This document shows, piece by piece, positions 33,234 through 41,043 of a stretch of 64,000 bases of DNA (within the stretch, counting starts at the first letter, position 1; the number at the start of each line of letters is the position of its first letter). The translations under genes and the position numbers were made by a program. The DNA lies in the IMG/VR virus record IMGVR_UViG_2900277485_000004, positions 1,965 through 65,964 of that record; one strand, 5' to 3'. A model generated the notes under the pieces. That model was not told the origin of the DNA and ran no database searches. It saw only the letters and a list, made by a program, of their open reading frames with translations. The DNA comes from a virus (Duplodnaviria; Caudoviricetes).

Positions 33234-33712
33234 ACATCCGGGTTACGGTCGACCTTGAGCGCAAGGGCGACATAAAGAAGCTCCTTGAGCGCGTGCTGCG
33301 CAACATGGGGCAGGAAGCGAAGGTGAAGGTCGGCTTCCCGGCAGGCAAAGCCTCCAGCGACATCATCGCCATCGCCACCTATAACCATGAGGGTACGCGT
33401 GGTGGCGCCTCCGGCGGCGGTTGGGGTGGGCCGATCCCGCCCCGCCCGTTCATTACGCAGGCGCTGTTCAAGGGCCGCGGTGAACTCAAGCAGTTCATGC
33501 GGGCCGAAGCGCGCAATATTTTGCTCGGCAAGATCACGCCGAAGCAGGCCCTGCCTCGCCTTGGGATCTGGGGTCAGCAGCAGATCCAAGCGCAGATCCG
33601 GTCGAATATGCGACCGAAGAATTCTCCCGTCACTGTGCGGCTAAAGGGTAGCGACCGCACCCTCATCGACACGGGCCGCATGCTTCAGAGCGTCACCTGG
33701 GCTGTTGAGTGA
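33230..33712 (+). CDS. Neck/tail-completion protein
   Basis: VGFP...IATYNHEG...IPPRPFI...LIDTGRMLQSVT. Confidence 0.8.
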   Translation: MNIRVTVDLERKGDIKKLLERVLRNMGQEAKVKVGFPAGKASSDIIAIATYNHEGTRGGASGGGWGGPIPPRPFITQALFKGRGELKQFMRAEARNILLGKITPKQALPRLGIWGQQQIQAQIRSNMRPKNSPVTVRLKGSDRTLIDTGRMLQSVTWAVE

Positions 33713-34113
33713 TGGATCTCTCCCGCGCCTTCGTGGCGATCGCCATGCTTCAGCGCCCCGCGATCCTCAAGACCCCGGGCGGCCGGCGGGTCATGGGCAA
33801 GTGGGAAGACGCAGGGCCTGCCGCGGTGAAGATCAAGGCGGTTATCCAAGCTGCCACGCAGGAAGATCTCGTCCAGTACAACACCGAGGACAAGCTTGAC
33901 GGCTTCGTCCGGATCTGGACCGCAGCCGAGCTGCGCACAGTGGACGAAGATCTCCAAGCTGACGCACAGCAGATCATCACGCCCGAGGGTGCGGCGTATC
34001 GCATCGTCAAGGCAGGCCGTCGCAACGAAGCCGGGTTTACCCGCGCCATCGGTAGGCTCGTGAAGAATGACCGAGGACGAAGCGTATCGTCGGCTATGGA
34101 CATTCCTCGTTGA
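33709..34113 (+). CDS. Head-closure protein
   Basis: Position and size in the neck module. Confidence 0.65.
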   Translation: MMDLSRAFVAIAMLQRPAILKTPGGRRVMGKWEDAGPAAVKIKAVIQAATQEDLVQYNTEDKLDGFVRIWTAAELRTVDEDLQADAQQIITPEGAAYRIVKAGRRNEAGFTRAIGRLVKNDRGRSVSSAMDIPR

Positions 34114-34639
34114 GGTCGATGCGGAGAGCGTGGTCCTCGGCCAGACGCGCCAAGCACTTGAGGACGTCGTCTTTCACCATCAGCGCGCCCCCCGTCCCGA
34201 AGGACCATACGCGCAACTGACCCCTCTCGGGTCGCGAGACACCGGCGAGGGCCACGCGCTCTGCTACGAAGCCGTCACCATCGGCGGTGAAGAGCGCATC
34301 GTCGAGCGCAGGACTGAGGGCGTCGCCTACGGCTGGCGCATCGACGTCTACGCGACCGAGGCTGGCGACTACGCCCGTGCCTTCCGGGCCGCACTCCTCT
34401 CGGCCAGAGCGCAGCTGCATTTCCTGCCGTTCGTAGTTACCGAGGTTGCCGAGATCACGCAGTCAACCGATCGGCAGCAAGAGAACTGGGAAGCGCGAGC
34501 AAACTTCAGCGTGACCCTTAGTGGGTCGCGGACGCAGCGCACTCTCATCGACGTGATTGAACGCGGCCACATCGCCATTGCTGGTGTCCGGGGCGGCGGC
34601 TCCGTCATCCAAGACAGCATCGAATACGCAAAGGACTGA
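34067..34639 (+). CDS. Tail terminator/neck protein
   Basis: QRAPRPEGPYA; immediately upstream of the sheath. Confidence 0.65.
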   Translation: MTEDEAYRRLWTFLVEVDAESVVLGQTRQALEDVVFHHQRAPRPEGPYAQLTPLGSRDTGEGHALCYEAVTIGGEERIVERRTEGVAYGWRIDVYATEAGDYARAFRAALLSARAQLHFLPFVVTEVAEITQSTDRQQENWEARANFSVTLSGSRTQRTLIDVIERGHIAIAGVRGGGSVIQDSIEYAKD

Positions 34640-34643
34640 CACG

Positions 34644-36074
34644 ATGGCGATTAAGTTGCCGATCGATCGCTCCGTCGTTGTGACGGTCACGCGTGCGGAC
34701 AAATTCCCGACTACGGCTGGTTTCAACACCGCCCTCATGCTGAATTCTACGGCGCTGAGCGGCAAGGTCGACGCCACGACGCGGACGCGCCTCTACTCAA
34801 ATATGACGGAAGTTGCCGTTGATTGGTCTCCGGCTACCGAAGCCTACAAGGCGGCTACCCGCTTCTTCCAGGCTCAGGTGCGCCCGCCGCAGCTCAAGAT
34901 CGGGTATCTCAATCCTGCGGCCTCTAGCGTCACGGCGGAACTGGACGCGCTCTACCAGTACGATCTGGACTGGTTCTGGCTGCTGCATACGAACGAGTTC
35001 AACGACACCGCTGCTCAGCGCGCCATCATGGATTGGGCCGAGACGAAGGAAGTCATCTTCGGCGGCGACAGCAACGACACCGACACGGAGTTGCCCGCCG
35101 AGATTGATGACCCAACGTCCACGGTCACGATCTCCATCGCATCGCCTGGTGTCGTGACCTGGACCGCGCACGGGCTTCAGAACGGCGATCAGGTCCGGTT
35201 CACCACTAGCGGCGCGCTGCCTGGCGGGCTCTCGCCTGTCGCCACCTACTATGTGGTGGGCGCTTCGACGAACACCTTCAACGTTGCGGCGACGGCCGGC
35301 GGACCGGCCATCACGACGACCGGCACCCAGAGCGGCACGCATACCGCAACGTCGCCACGCTACGGCGGATCGGTCGCTGAGTACGCCGAGCAGAAGGCCT
35401 ACGACCGCACGGCGGTGTTCTACCATACCGACCCGGGCTCCTATCTCGCGGCTGGCGCCTTTGCGTACAGTTCGGGCCGCGACTTCGACCGCTCGAACTA
35501 CCGTCTCGCCCAGGCCGGTCGGATCGACAGCGGGCAGGCCTACACGCTGAAGTTCAAGACCTTCCCGGGCGTGACCCCGATCAGCCGGCCGTCGGCTGTC
35601 GTGCAGGCGATCACGGGCTTCATCCCCGGGCTCGGCTCCGACGAGGCACAGGGCCATCGCGCCAACACCTACGTGAACATGGGCGGGCGTAACATGCTCG
35701 TCGAGGGCACGGTGGCGAGCGGCGCCTTCATCGACGAGATCCACACCATCTCCTGGATCAAGGCGCGTGTGCAGGAGAGCGTGTTCGGCGTTCTGTCGAA
35801 CAATCCGCGTATTCCCTACACCAACCAGGGCGTCGGGTTTCTGATCGAGGCGGGCATCAACCCGCCGATGCGTCGCGCTTTCGCGGCCGGGTTGATCGCG
35901 CCGAGGGTCGGTGATGACGGCCTGCTGGTGCCGGAGTTCCAGGTCGCAGTTGACGACGTGGCGAACATCCCCGTCTCGCAGCGTCGCAACCGCATCGCCC
36001 CGGACATCAAGGTGACGTTCCAGTATGCGAACGCCATTCACTTTGTATCAGTGACTATGCAGCTTCAGTATTGA
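34644..36074 (+). CDS. Tail sheath protein (DUF3383) with an inserted beta domain
   Basis: YTLKFKTFPGVT...FIDEIHTISWIKARVQE...RIPYTNQG; insertion at about 35120-35355. Confidence 0.88.
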   Translation: MAIKLPIDRSVVVTVTRADKFPTTAGFNTALMLNSTALSGKVDATTRTRLYSNMTEVAVDWSPATEAYKAATRFFQAQVRPPQLKIGYLNPAASSVTAELDALYQYDLDWFWLLHTNEFNDTAAQRAIMDWAETKEVIFGGDSNDTDTELPAEIDDPTSTVTISIASPGVVTWTAHGLQNGDQVRFTTSGALPGGLSPVATYYVVGASTNTFNVAATAGGPAITTTGTQSGTHTATSPRYGGSVAEYAEQKAYDRTAVFYHTDPGSYLAAGAFAYSSGRDFDRSNYRLAQAGRIDSGQAYTLKFKTFPGVTPISRPSAVVQAITGFIPGLGSDEAQGHRANTYVNMGGRNMLVEGTVASGAFIDEIHTISWIKARVQESVFGVLSNNPRIPYTNQGVGFLIEAGINPPMRRAFAAGLIAPRVGDDGLLVPEFQVAVDDVANIPVSQRRNRIAPDIKVTFQYANAIHFVSVTMQLQY

Positions 36075-36090
36075 CGTGCTATGATGGGCC

Positions 36091-36711
36091 ATGATTGAAA
36101 ATGGTTCCCGCTTTGGTCGTCTCACGGTGGTTGGATCGGAGATCCGAGCGCATGAAAACGGCAGCAAACGACGGTTCTACGTTTGCCGCTGTGAATGCGG
36201 CGGCTCTGCATTCGCCGCCGCTTCATCACTGAGAACGGGCAACACCACCACGTGCGGTTGCCTGCAAAAGGAGAAGGCGGCAGCTCGCCTTCTCAGACAT
36301 GGGGAAAGTGGAGCGGCTGGCAAGCGCACCGCGGAGTACGCCATTTGGGCCGGGATGCTGAGCCGGTGTCGCAACCCTCAGGGGAAACAGTTCGCGGATT
36401 ACGGCGGTCGTGGCATCACTGTCTGTGAGAGATGGAGCGATTTCTCAAACTTTCTCGCCGACATGGGGCGGCGGCCGTCCCAAAATCATACGATCGAACG
36501 TCAGAATAACGACAAAGGTTATGAGCCAGATAACTGCGCATGGGTAACGAAGGCGGCGCAGGCAAGAAATAAGCGATCCAACGTAATAGTTGAGTACCGG
36601 GGCGAGACGATGGCTCTCGCTGCTGCTGCTGAACAGGCAGGCATAAAAGCGAATACTGTCACTGTACGCCTGCGTCGCGGTTGGACGCTTGAACGGGCGC
36701 TAACCCCATAG
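36091..36711 (+). CDS. Free-standing HNH-type endonuclease
   Basis: RFGRLTV...CRCECG...CGC...YGGRGITVCERW...TIERQNNDKGYEPDNCAW. Confidence 0.8.
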   Translation: MIENGSRFGRLTVVGSEIRAHENGSKRRFYVCRCECGGSAFAAASSLRTGNTTTCGCLQKEKAAARLLRHGESGAAGKRTAEYAIWAGMLSRCRNPQGKQFADYGGRGITVCERWSDFSNFLADMGRRPSQNHTIERQNNDKGYEPDNCAWVTKAAQARNKRSNVIVEYRGETMALAAAAEQAGIKANTVTVRLRRGWTLERALTP

Positions 36712-36720
36712 AGGTCAAAC

Positions 36721-37179
36721 ATGGCTGAAGATTGCGCCCCGTTTGGGACTTACAGCTTTCAGAACGTCGCATTCTCGATTGATGGCGTCCTTGTGGTCGG
36801 CTTCGACGAAGGCGACGACTGCATCTTGGTCGAGCCTACCACCGAACTCGGCACGCCGAAGGTCGGGGCCGATGGCACTTCCATCGTATCGATCACCACC
36901 GACCAGTCGGCCACGGTGACGATACGGCTACTGCCGAACAGCCCGTTCAATGCCTATCTGCGCAACCGCGTGAAACGGATGCGTTCGGGCGCCCTGACCG
37001 GGCTCACGATGGCGATCGGCATGACCGACCTATCCAGCCGCGAGACGGGCGGCTGCACGACAGCGATCATTACGCAGCAGCCCCCGGACACCCGCGGCGC
37101 CATGGTCAACAATCTGGAGTGGAAGTTCTTCTGCGCCTGCTGGCAGCCTGGTTTCGTCGAGGTCGTGACGGCGAGCTAA
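36721..37179 (+). CDS. Tail tube protein (DUF3277-like)
   Basis: TYSFQNVAFSIDG...VGADG...TIRLLPNS. Confidence 0.8.
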   Translation: MAEDCAPFGTYSFQNVAFSIDGVLVVGFDEGDDCILVEPTTELGTPKVGADGTSIVSITTDQSATVTIRLLPNSPFNAYLRNRVKRMRSGALTGLTMAIGMTDLSSRETGGCTTAIITQQPPDTRGAMVNNLEWKFFCACWQPGFVEVVTAS

Positions 37180-37194
37180 CGCGCAAGCGATGGG

Positions 37195-37611
37195 TCAAGG
37201 ATCGGGCTTGCGGCGGGGTGAAGAGGGGTCGGCCGCGCGAGCTTCCTCTTGAGATTTGGCCATCTGCTCCGCCTGCATCTTCTCGATATAAGATGGCGGG
37301 CGGGCCATCTCGGCAGGATCAAACGCCTCGTCGTTAATTTTTTCCCTGAGTATGCGCAGCGCTTCAACTAATATCTTGCGGTTATCTCGCCAATTGTGCG
37401 CATTTGCGTGCCAAACAACTTCTTCAATCCAGTGCATTAGGTCGCGAAGTTCTGTTTCAGGCGGATAGTGGTCTTCTAACGTTTGCACGATTTCAGCGTT
37501 CATGCTCCGGCCGTTGGCCTTGGCCGCTCTCGCTATCCGATCGCGCATGCCTTCCGGCATCCGCAGCATGAACTTATCGGCGAGGTCACTGGGGGCGGGC
37601 GGCTTGCTCAT
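37195..37611 (-). CDS. Arc/Mnt-family repressor (mnt-like)
   Basis: DKFMLRMPEGMRDRIARAAKANGRSMNAEIV. Confidence 0.9.
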   Translation of the reverse strand: MSKPPAPSDLADKFMLRMPEGMRDRIARAAKANGRSMNAEIVQTLEDHYPPETELRDLMHWIEEVVWHANAHNWRDNRKILVEALRILREKINDEAFDPAEMARPPSYIEKMQAEQMAKSQEEARAADPSSPRRKPDP

Positions 37612-37624
37612 GCCCGAGCCATAA

Positions 37625-37678
37625 TAGCGATTTGACACTTTTGCATCGTAGCGACTTGACATGATAGCGGATCGCTAT
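37625..37678. promoter_or_regulatory. Operator/promoter region of the divergent arc pair
   Basis: TAGCGAYTTGACA at 37625-37637 and 37649-37661; palindrome ATAGCG-GAT-CGCTAT at 37664-37678. Confidence 0.65.
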
Positions 37679-37716
37679 GAAGATCGATGGTGTCAGGTCG
37701 CTACTACGGAGGCGGG

Positions 37717-37920
37717 ATGACCCAGACCAAGTACCCCAGCGATACTGCGGACCGCTTCATGGTGCGCATGCCCGCAGGCTTGCGGCCCTGGATCGCCGAT
37801 GAAGCCAAGCGAAGCCACCGCTCTGCCAACGCGCAGACGGTGTGGATGCTTCAGCAGATGCGAGAGCAGATCGAAAAGAAAGCGGCCCCGGAGAGCGCTG
37901 GAACGCTCGCCGAGGCCTGA
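37717..37920 (+). CDS. Arc-family DNA-binding protein (arc-like)
   Basis: DRFMVRMPAGLRPWIADEAKRSHRSANAQ. Confidence 0.88.
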   Translation: MTQTKYPSDTADRFMVRMPAGLRPWIADEAKRSHRSANAQTVWMLQQMREQIEKKAAPESAGTLAEA

Positions 37921-37928
37921 AGCCATCC

Positions 37929-37943
37929 GAACCTTGCGAGAAC
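37929..37943 (+). promoter_or_regulatory. Candidate alphaproteobacterial SOS (LexA) box
   Basis: GAAC-CTTGCGA-GAAC (GAAC-N7-GAAC) 3 nt upstream of the ATG at 37947. Confidence 0.4.
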
Positions 37944-37946
37944 GAA

Positions 37947-38345
37947 ATGACCAAGACCGTACATAGCACACGCCGCAGCATGTTTGTAGGGGCTGCGGCG
38001 CTCGCCGCGGTACCTCTCGCCACGCCAGCCATGGCCCTCCCTTCCCCCGACGCAGCGCTCATCCGCGACGCCGAACGCGCAATCAGCCTCAAGCACGAGA
38101 TCAACGCGAAGGCGGTTGCCGAGAACTGGGACGACGACACTGTGGCCGCCCGCTGCGAGGAGCTGAACGCTCTCTTCGATGCTGTGAGCGAGATGCCAGC
38201 GTTCAGTCGAGCCGGACTGGAGGCGAAGGCCAAGTTGCTCGCGGTCGACACTGCTCGGTCCGAGCCTGCGACGGATCAGGTCGAGATCCTTCTCGCATCG
38301 CTGCTGCGCGACCTAATCGGCGCGGCGGCTCAAGTTCCTGCTTAG
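37947..38345 (+). CDS. Hypothetical protein with a twin-arginine-like N-terminus
   Basis: STRRSMFVGAAALAAVP. Confidence 0.65.
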   Translation: MTKTVHSTRRSMFVGAAALAAVPLATPAMALPSPDAALIRDAERAISLKHEINAKAVAENWDDDTVAARCEELNALFDAVSEMPAFSRAGLEAKAKLLAVDTARSEPATDQVEILLASLLRDLIGAAAQVPA

Positions 38346-38433
38346 GCAGGCCGGCGGCGGGCAAGCTTCCTACGGCGACAGCCCGCCGCCTCTTCGCACC
38401 CTCGGTTCCAAGGCCGAGGGCACTTCCCACCGG

Positions 38434-39318
38434 ATGCAAAGGACGCATCGGATGAGTAGCGGCACTTCTATCACACACGGACCCCAGCCGACCATTTCCA
38501 TCGGCGGCGTGGATCTCACTCGCATCGAGTACCGCGGTGAGCAGGTCGTGACGTTCGCGATGGTCGACAAGGTCCACGGCCGTCCAGAGGGCACGGCGAA
38601 GCGCAATTTCAACGAGAACGAGGGGCGGTTCGAAACCGGTACGGATTTCGTACTGGTAAAAGCCGCCGACCTGCGCCGCCTTGCACCGGAGGCGGTCGGA
38701 TCCCGGGGCGGCGGCGACGTCACCCTCATCACCCGCCGCGGCTACCTCAAGCTCGTCAAGCCGATGAACGACGATCGAGCCTGGGCCGTCCAGGGCGAGA
38801 TGGTCGATCGCTACTTCGCCGTGGAGCGATTGCCCGTCGCTCCGGAACCCGCCCATACCGGGATCAATGCCCGTGAAGCGCGACTGACCTTCAAGCACCA
38901 CCTCGGCATCGCCAAGATGCTGAAGCTTGAGGGCAACCAAGCGGTGCTCGCGGCGAACCGGGCGACCAAAGCGATGTGCGGTGTCGCTCCGCTCGACGCC
39001 ATGGGCATCACGCACGTGACCGCGCCGCAGAACGAGCCGTTGTTGAACTGCACGGACATCGGTAAGCGTCTCGGCGACTACAGCGCCCAGGATGTGAACC
39101 GCTACCTCGTTCAGTTCGGCTATCAGGTTGCCCTTCGTGACGCCAAGGACAAGCTCTACTACGAGGTCACCGACTTGGGCCGCGATGCGGGCGGCGTGAT
39201 GCAGGACACGGGCAAGAGTCACGGCGATGGTACACCCGTGCGTCAGCTCCGGTGGGCGTCAGGCATCGTCGCGAAGCTGAGGGCCGACATCGCCAAGCCG
39301 GAGACGATCCATGGGTGA
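38434..39318 (+). CDS. ant: Antirepressor (ORF6N domain)
   Basis: IEYRGEQVVTFAMVDKVHGRPEGTAKRNFNEN...LITRRGYLKLVKPMNDDRAWAVQ. Confidence 0.85.
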   Translation: MQRTHRMSSGTSITHGPQPTISIGGVDLTRIEYRGEQVVTFAMVDKVHGRPEGTAKRNFNENEGRFETGTDFVLVKAADLRRLAPEAVGSRGGGDVTLITRRGYLKLVKPMNDDRAWAVQGEMVDRYFAVERLPVAPEPAHTGINAREARLTFKHHLGIAKMLKLEGNQAVLAANRATKAMCGVAPLDAMGITHVTAPQNEPLLNCTDIGKRLGDYSAQDVNRYLVQFGYQVALRDAKDKLYYEVTDLGRDAGGVMQDTGKSHGDGTPVRQLRWASGIVAKLRADIAKPETIHG

Positions 39319-39523
39319 GCATCAGCCGCTCACCTACGCCCAGATGGGCGAGGTCGCTGGCGCAGTTGCAAAAGCGATTATGGACACGGTTGGCGATGAC
39401 CGCGCCCAGGAGGTTGTCGATCGCTGGGCCGAACTTGGCCTCTACGTGCCTCTCGGCTTCACGTGCATCGCCGCTGTGCGGGAAGCGATGAAGGGCGAGA
39501 TCAGGAAGGCGATGCGCCGCTAA
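39311..39523 (+). CDS. Hypothetical protein
   Basis: Overlaps the ant stop; GGAG RBS. Confidence 0.5.
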   Translation: MGEHQPLTYAQMGEVAGAVAKAIMDTVGDDRAQEVVDRWAELGLYVPLGFTCIAAVREAMKGEIRKAMRR

Positions 39524-39530
39524 CCCACCA

Positions 39531-39558
39531 CCCAGCAGGGCACCTCAGCCCTGCTGGG
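39531..39558. terminator. Perfect 10-bp hairpin between convergent genes
   Basis: CCCAGCAGGG-CACCTCAG-CCCTGCTGGG; no U tract. Confidence 0.55.
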
Positions 39559-39801
39559 CTATCTCCGCCGCCCCCTTCTGGAGCGTCCTCCGCTTCCGCC
39601 TTCGCTGCTTGACCCCTCATAGCCGTGACATGTTCGTGTCGAACGGCTGAAGCTTCCATCGTTGCAGAGGAAGCGCCCGCCAGAGCAGGCCTTGACGCCG
39701 CCCTTTGATTGCGAGCACGGGTAGTTTCTGGCCTCCGCATCCAATGGCGCGAATGTGACCAGCCCGGCGAACGCGGCCGGCAGAACCAACTTCAAGCGCA
39801 A
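39559..39801 (-). CDS. YdcA-like small exported Cys-rich protein
   Basis: Signal peptide then RNYPCSQSKGGVKACSGGRFLCNDGSFSRSTRTC; TTG start after GGAGG. Confidence 0.65.
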   Translation of the reverse strand: MRLKLVLPAAFAGLVTFAPLDAEARNYPCSQSKGGVKACSGGRFLCNDGSFSRSTRTCHGYEGSSSEGGSGGRSRRGRRR

Positions 39802-39898
39802 GACATCCTCCCTATTTGAGGGAGCCGATTGGACGCTTGTAGATCTTAAGAAAGAGAGTCGCGGCTTCAGTCCGTTCGCTGATGCCGGATACACTCAG

Positions 39899-40381
39899 CT
39901 AACCACACTTCTCCCCTAGGCGCGTGTTAAGCTCGCTCCGCCATTTGTTAACATCCCCGTCGTCCGAAAATATCTTAACAATTCCATTGCCGCGCCAGCT
40001 ATCATATATGTCCGTCCTCAAAATATTCTGCAAATCTCCATTATTGTCCTTAATCTTATAAGTGTGAACAGCCCCGGAGGTATGTCCGTTGAGGGCTGCG
40101 AATTTCTCACCAACACGTATAATGCGCAACTGCGAAGAGCATATCAACTCGATTTTATCGGTCGGAAAAATCCAATTTTGACCTACAGCAGTGCTTGCGG
40201 CAGATCGAAATTCATGGAACTTCGCATTATGTGATGGGTAGCTATTGCTAGATGAGACAAAAACGTAATTGTTCTGATTTTTTGCGCCTGACCCGTCAAA
40301 AAAAGCCGATACTGTGTATATAATAAAGAAAATACCAGCTACGGTTACCAAAAATTTACGCACGTTGCACCTCCGCCCCAA
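39899..40381 (-). CDS. AT-rich membrane-anchored moron protein
   Basis: N-terminal TM FLVTVAGIFFIIYTVSAFF; markedly low GC; antisense to the late operon. Confidence 0.65.
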   Translation of the reverse strand: MGRRCNVRKFLVTVAGIFFIIYTVSAFFDGSGAKNQNNYVFVSSSNSYPSHNAKFHEFRSAASTAVGQNWIFPTDKIELICSSQLRIIRVGEKFAALNGHTSGAVHTYKIKDNNGDLQNILRTDIYDSWRGNGIVKIFSDDGDVNKWRSELNTRLGEKCG

Positions 40382-40402
40382 ACTTGCGCTTCAAGGTCTG
40401 CC

Positions 40403-40798
40403 ATGGCGACAGAACGAAAAATCGGCCCTCACGTCTACCGCTGCGAGAAACTTCCGGCCGAGCCAGCGATCCGCCTGTTCCTACGGGTGAGCAAGTTCTT
40501 TGAGAACGCGCCCGAGATGATGGCTTCCGTGGCCTTTGGCGGGGAGTCTTCGCGGGCGGCATTCATCGCGGTGGCCCTCGGCGGAGTCGACCCCGACGAA
40601 GCGCAGGGATTGCTGCGCGAGCTGGCGGAAACCTGCACGACCGGCGGTGACCCGTGCGTTGTGGGTGTGAAGCCACAGGGCATGACGGACCTGATCGACG
40701 TCGCATGGTTCGCCATGGAGGCGCAGTTCAAGGATTTTTTGGTCGCAAGCCTGCCACGACCCCGCCCCGGGGAGACAGCGGGCGCCGACGCGGTCTAA
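40403..40798 (+). CDS. Tail assembly chaperone (gpG-like)
   Basis: Upstream of the tape measure; slippery site near the 3' end. Confidence 0.75.
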   Translation: MATERKIGPHVYRCEKLPAEPAIRLFLRVSKFFENAPEMMASVAFGGESSRAAFIAVALGGVDPDEAQGLLRELAETCTTGGDPCVVGVKPQGMTDLIDVAWFAMEAQFKDFLVASLPRPRPGETAGADAV

Positions 40799-41043
40799 CC
40801 GAACGCGAGATGAAGGCTGCAATCCCAAACCTTTTAGATCGCACTTACCTGTTGCGGCCGACGCAGATCTTCGCAGATCCGCCGCTTTGCACACTGCAAG
40901 AACTTCGCACCACATACACGATTGATGACCTAGCCGACTTTCACGAGATCTTGGACTTCCGAGAAGCTGAAATTGACCGGGTGCATCGCGAGATTGCACG
41001 CGAGCGTGATAGCAAGGCGACGCAAGTAAGGCGCAGGCGATGA
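40735..41043 (+). CDS. Tail assembly chaperone extension (gpT-like, -1 frame)
   Basis: T-TTT-TTG heptamer at 40735-40741 in register; the -1 frame is open to 41043 (LQELRTTYTIDDLADFHEIL). Confidence 0.7.
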   Translation, partial: FFGRKPATTPPRGDSGRRRGLTEREMKAAIPNLLDRTYLLRPTQIFADPPLCTLQELRTTYTIDDLADFHEILDFREAEIDRVHREIARERDSKATQVRRRR

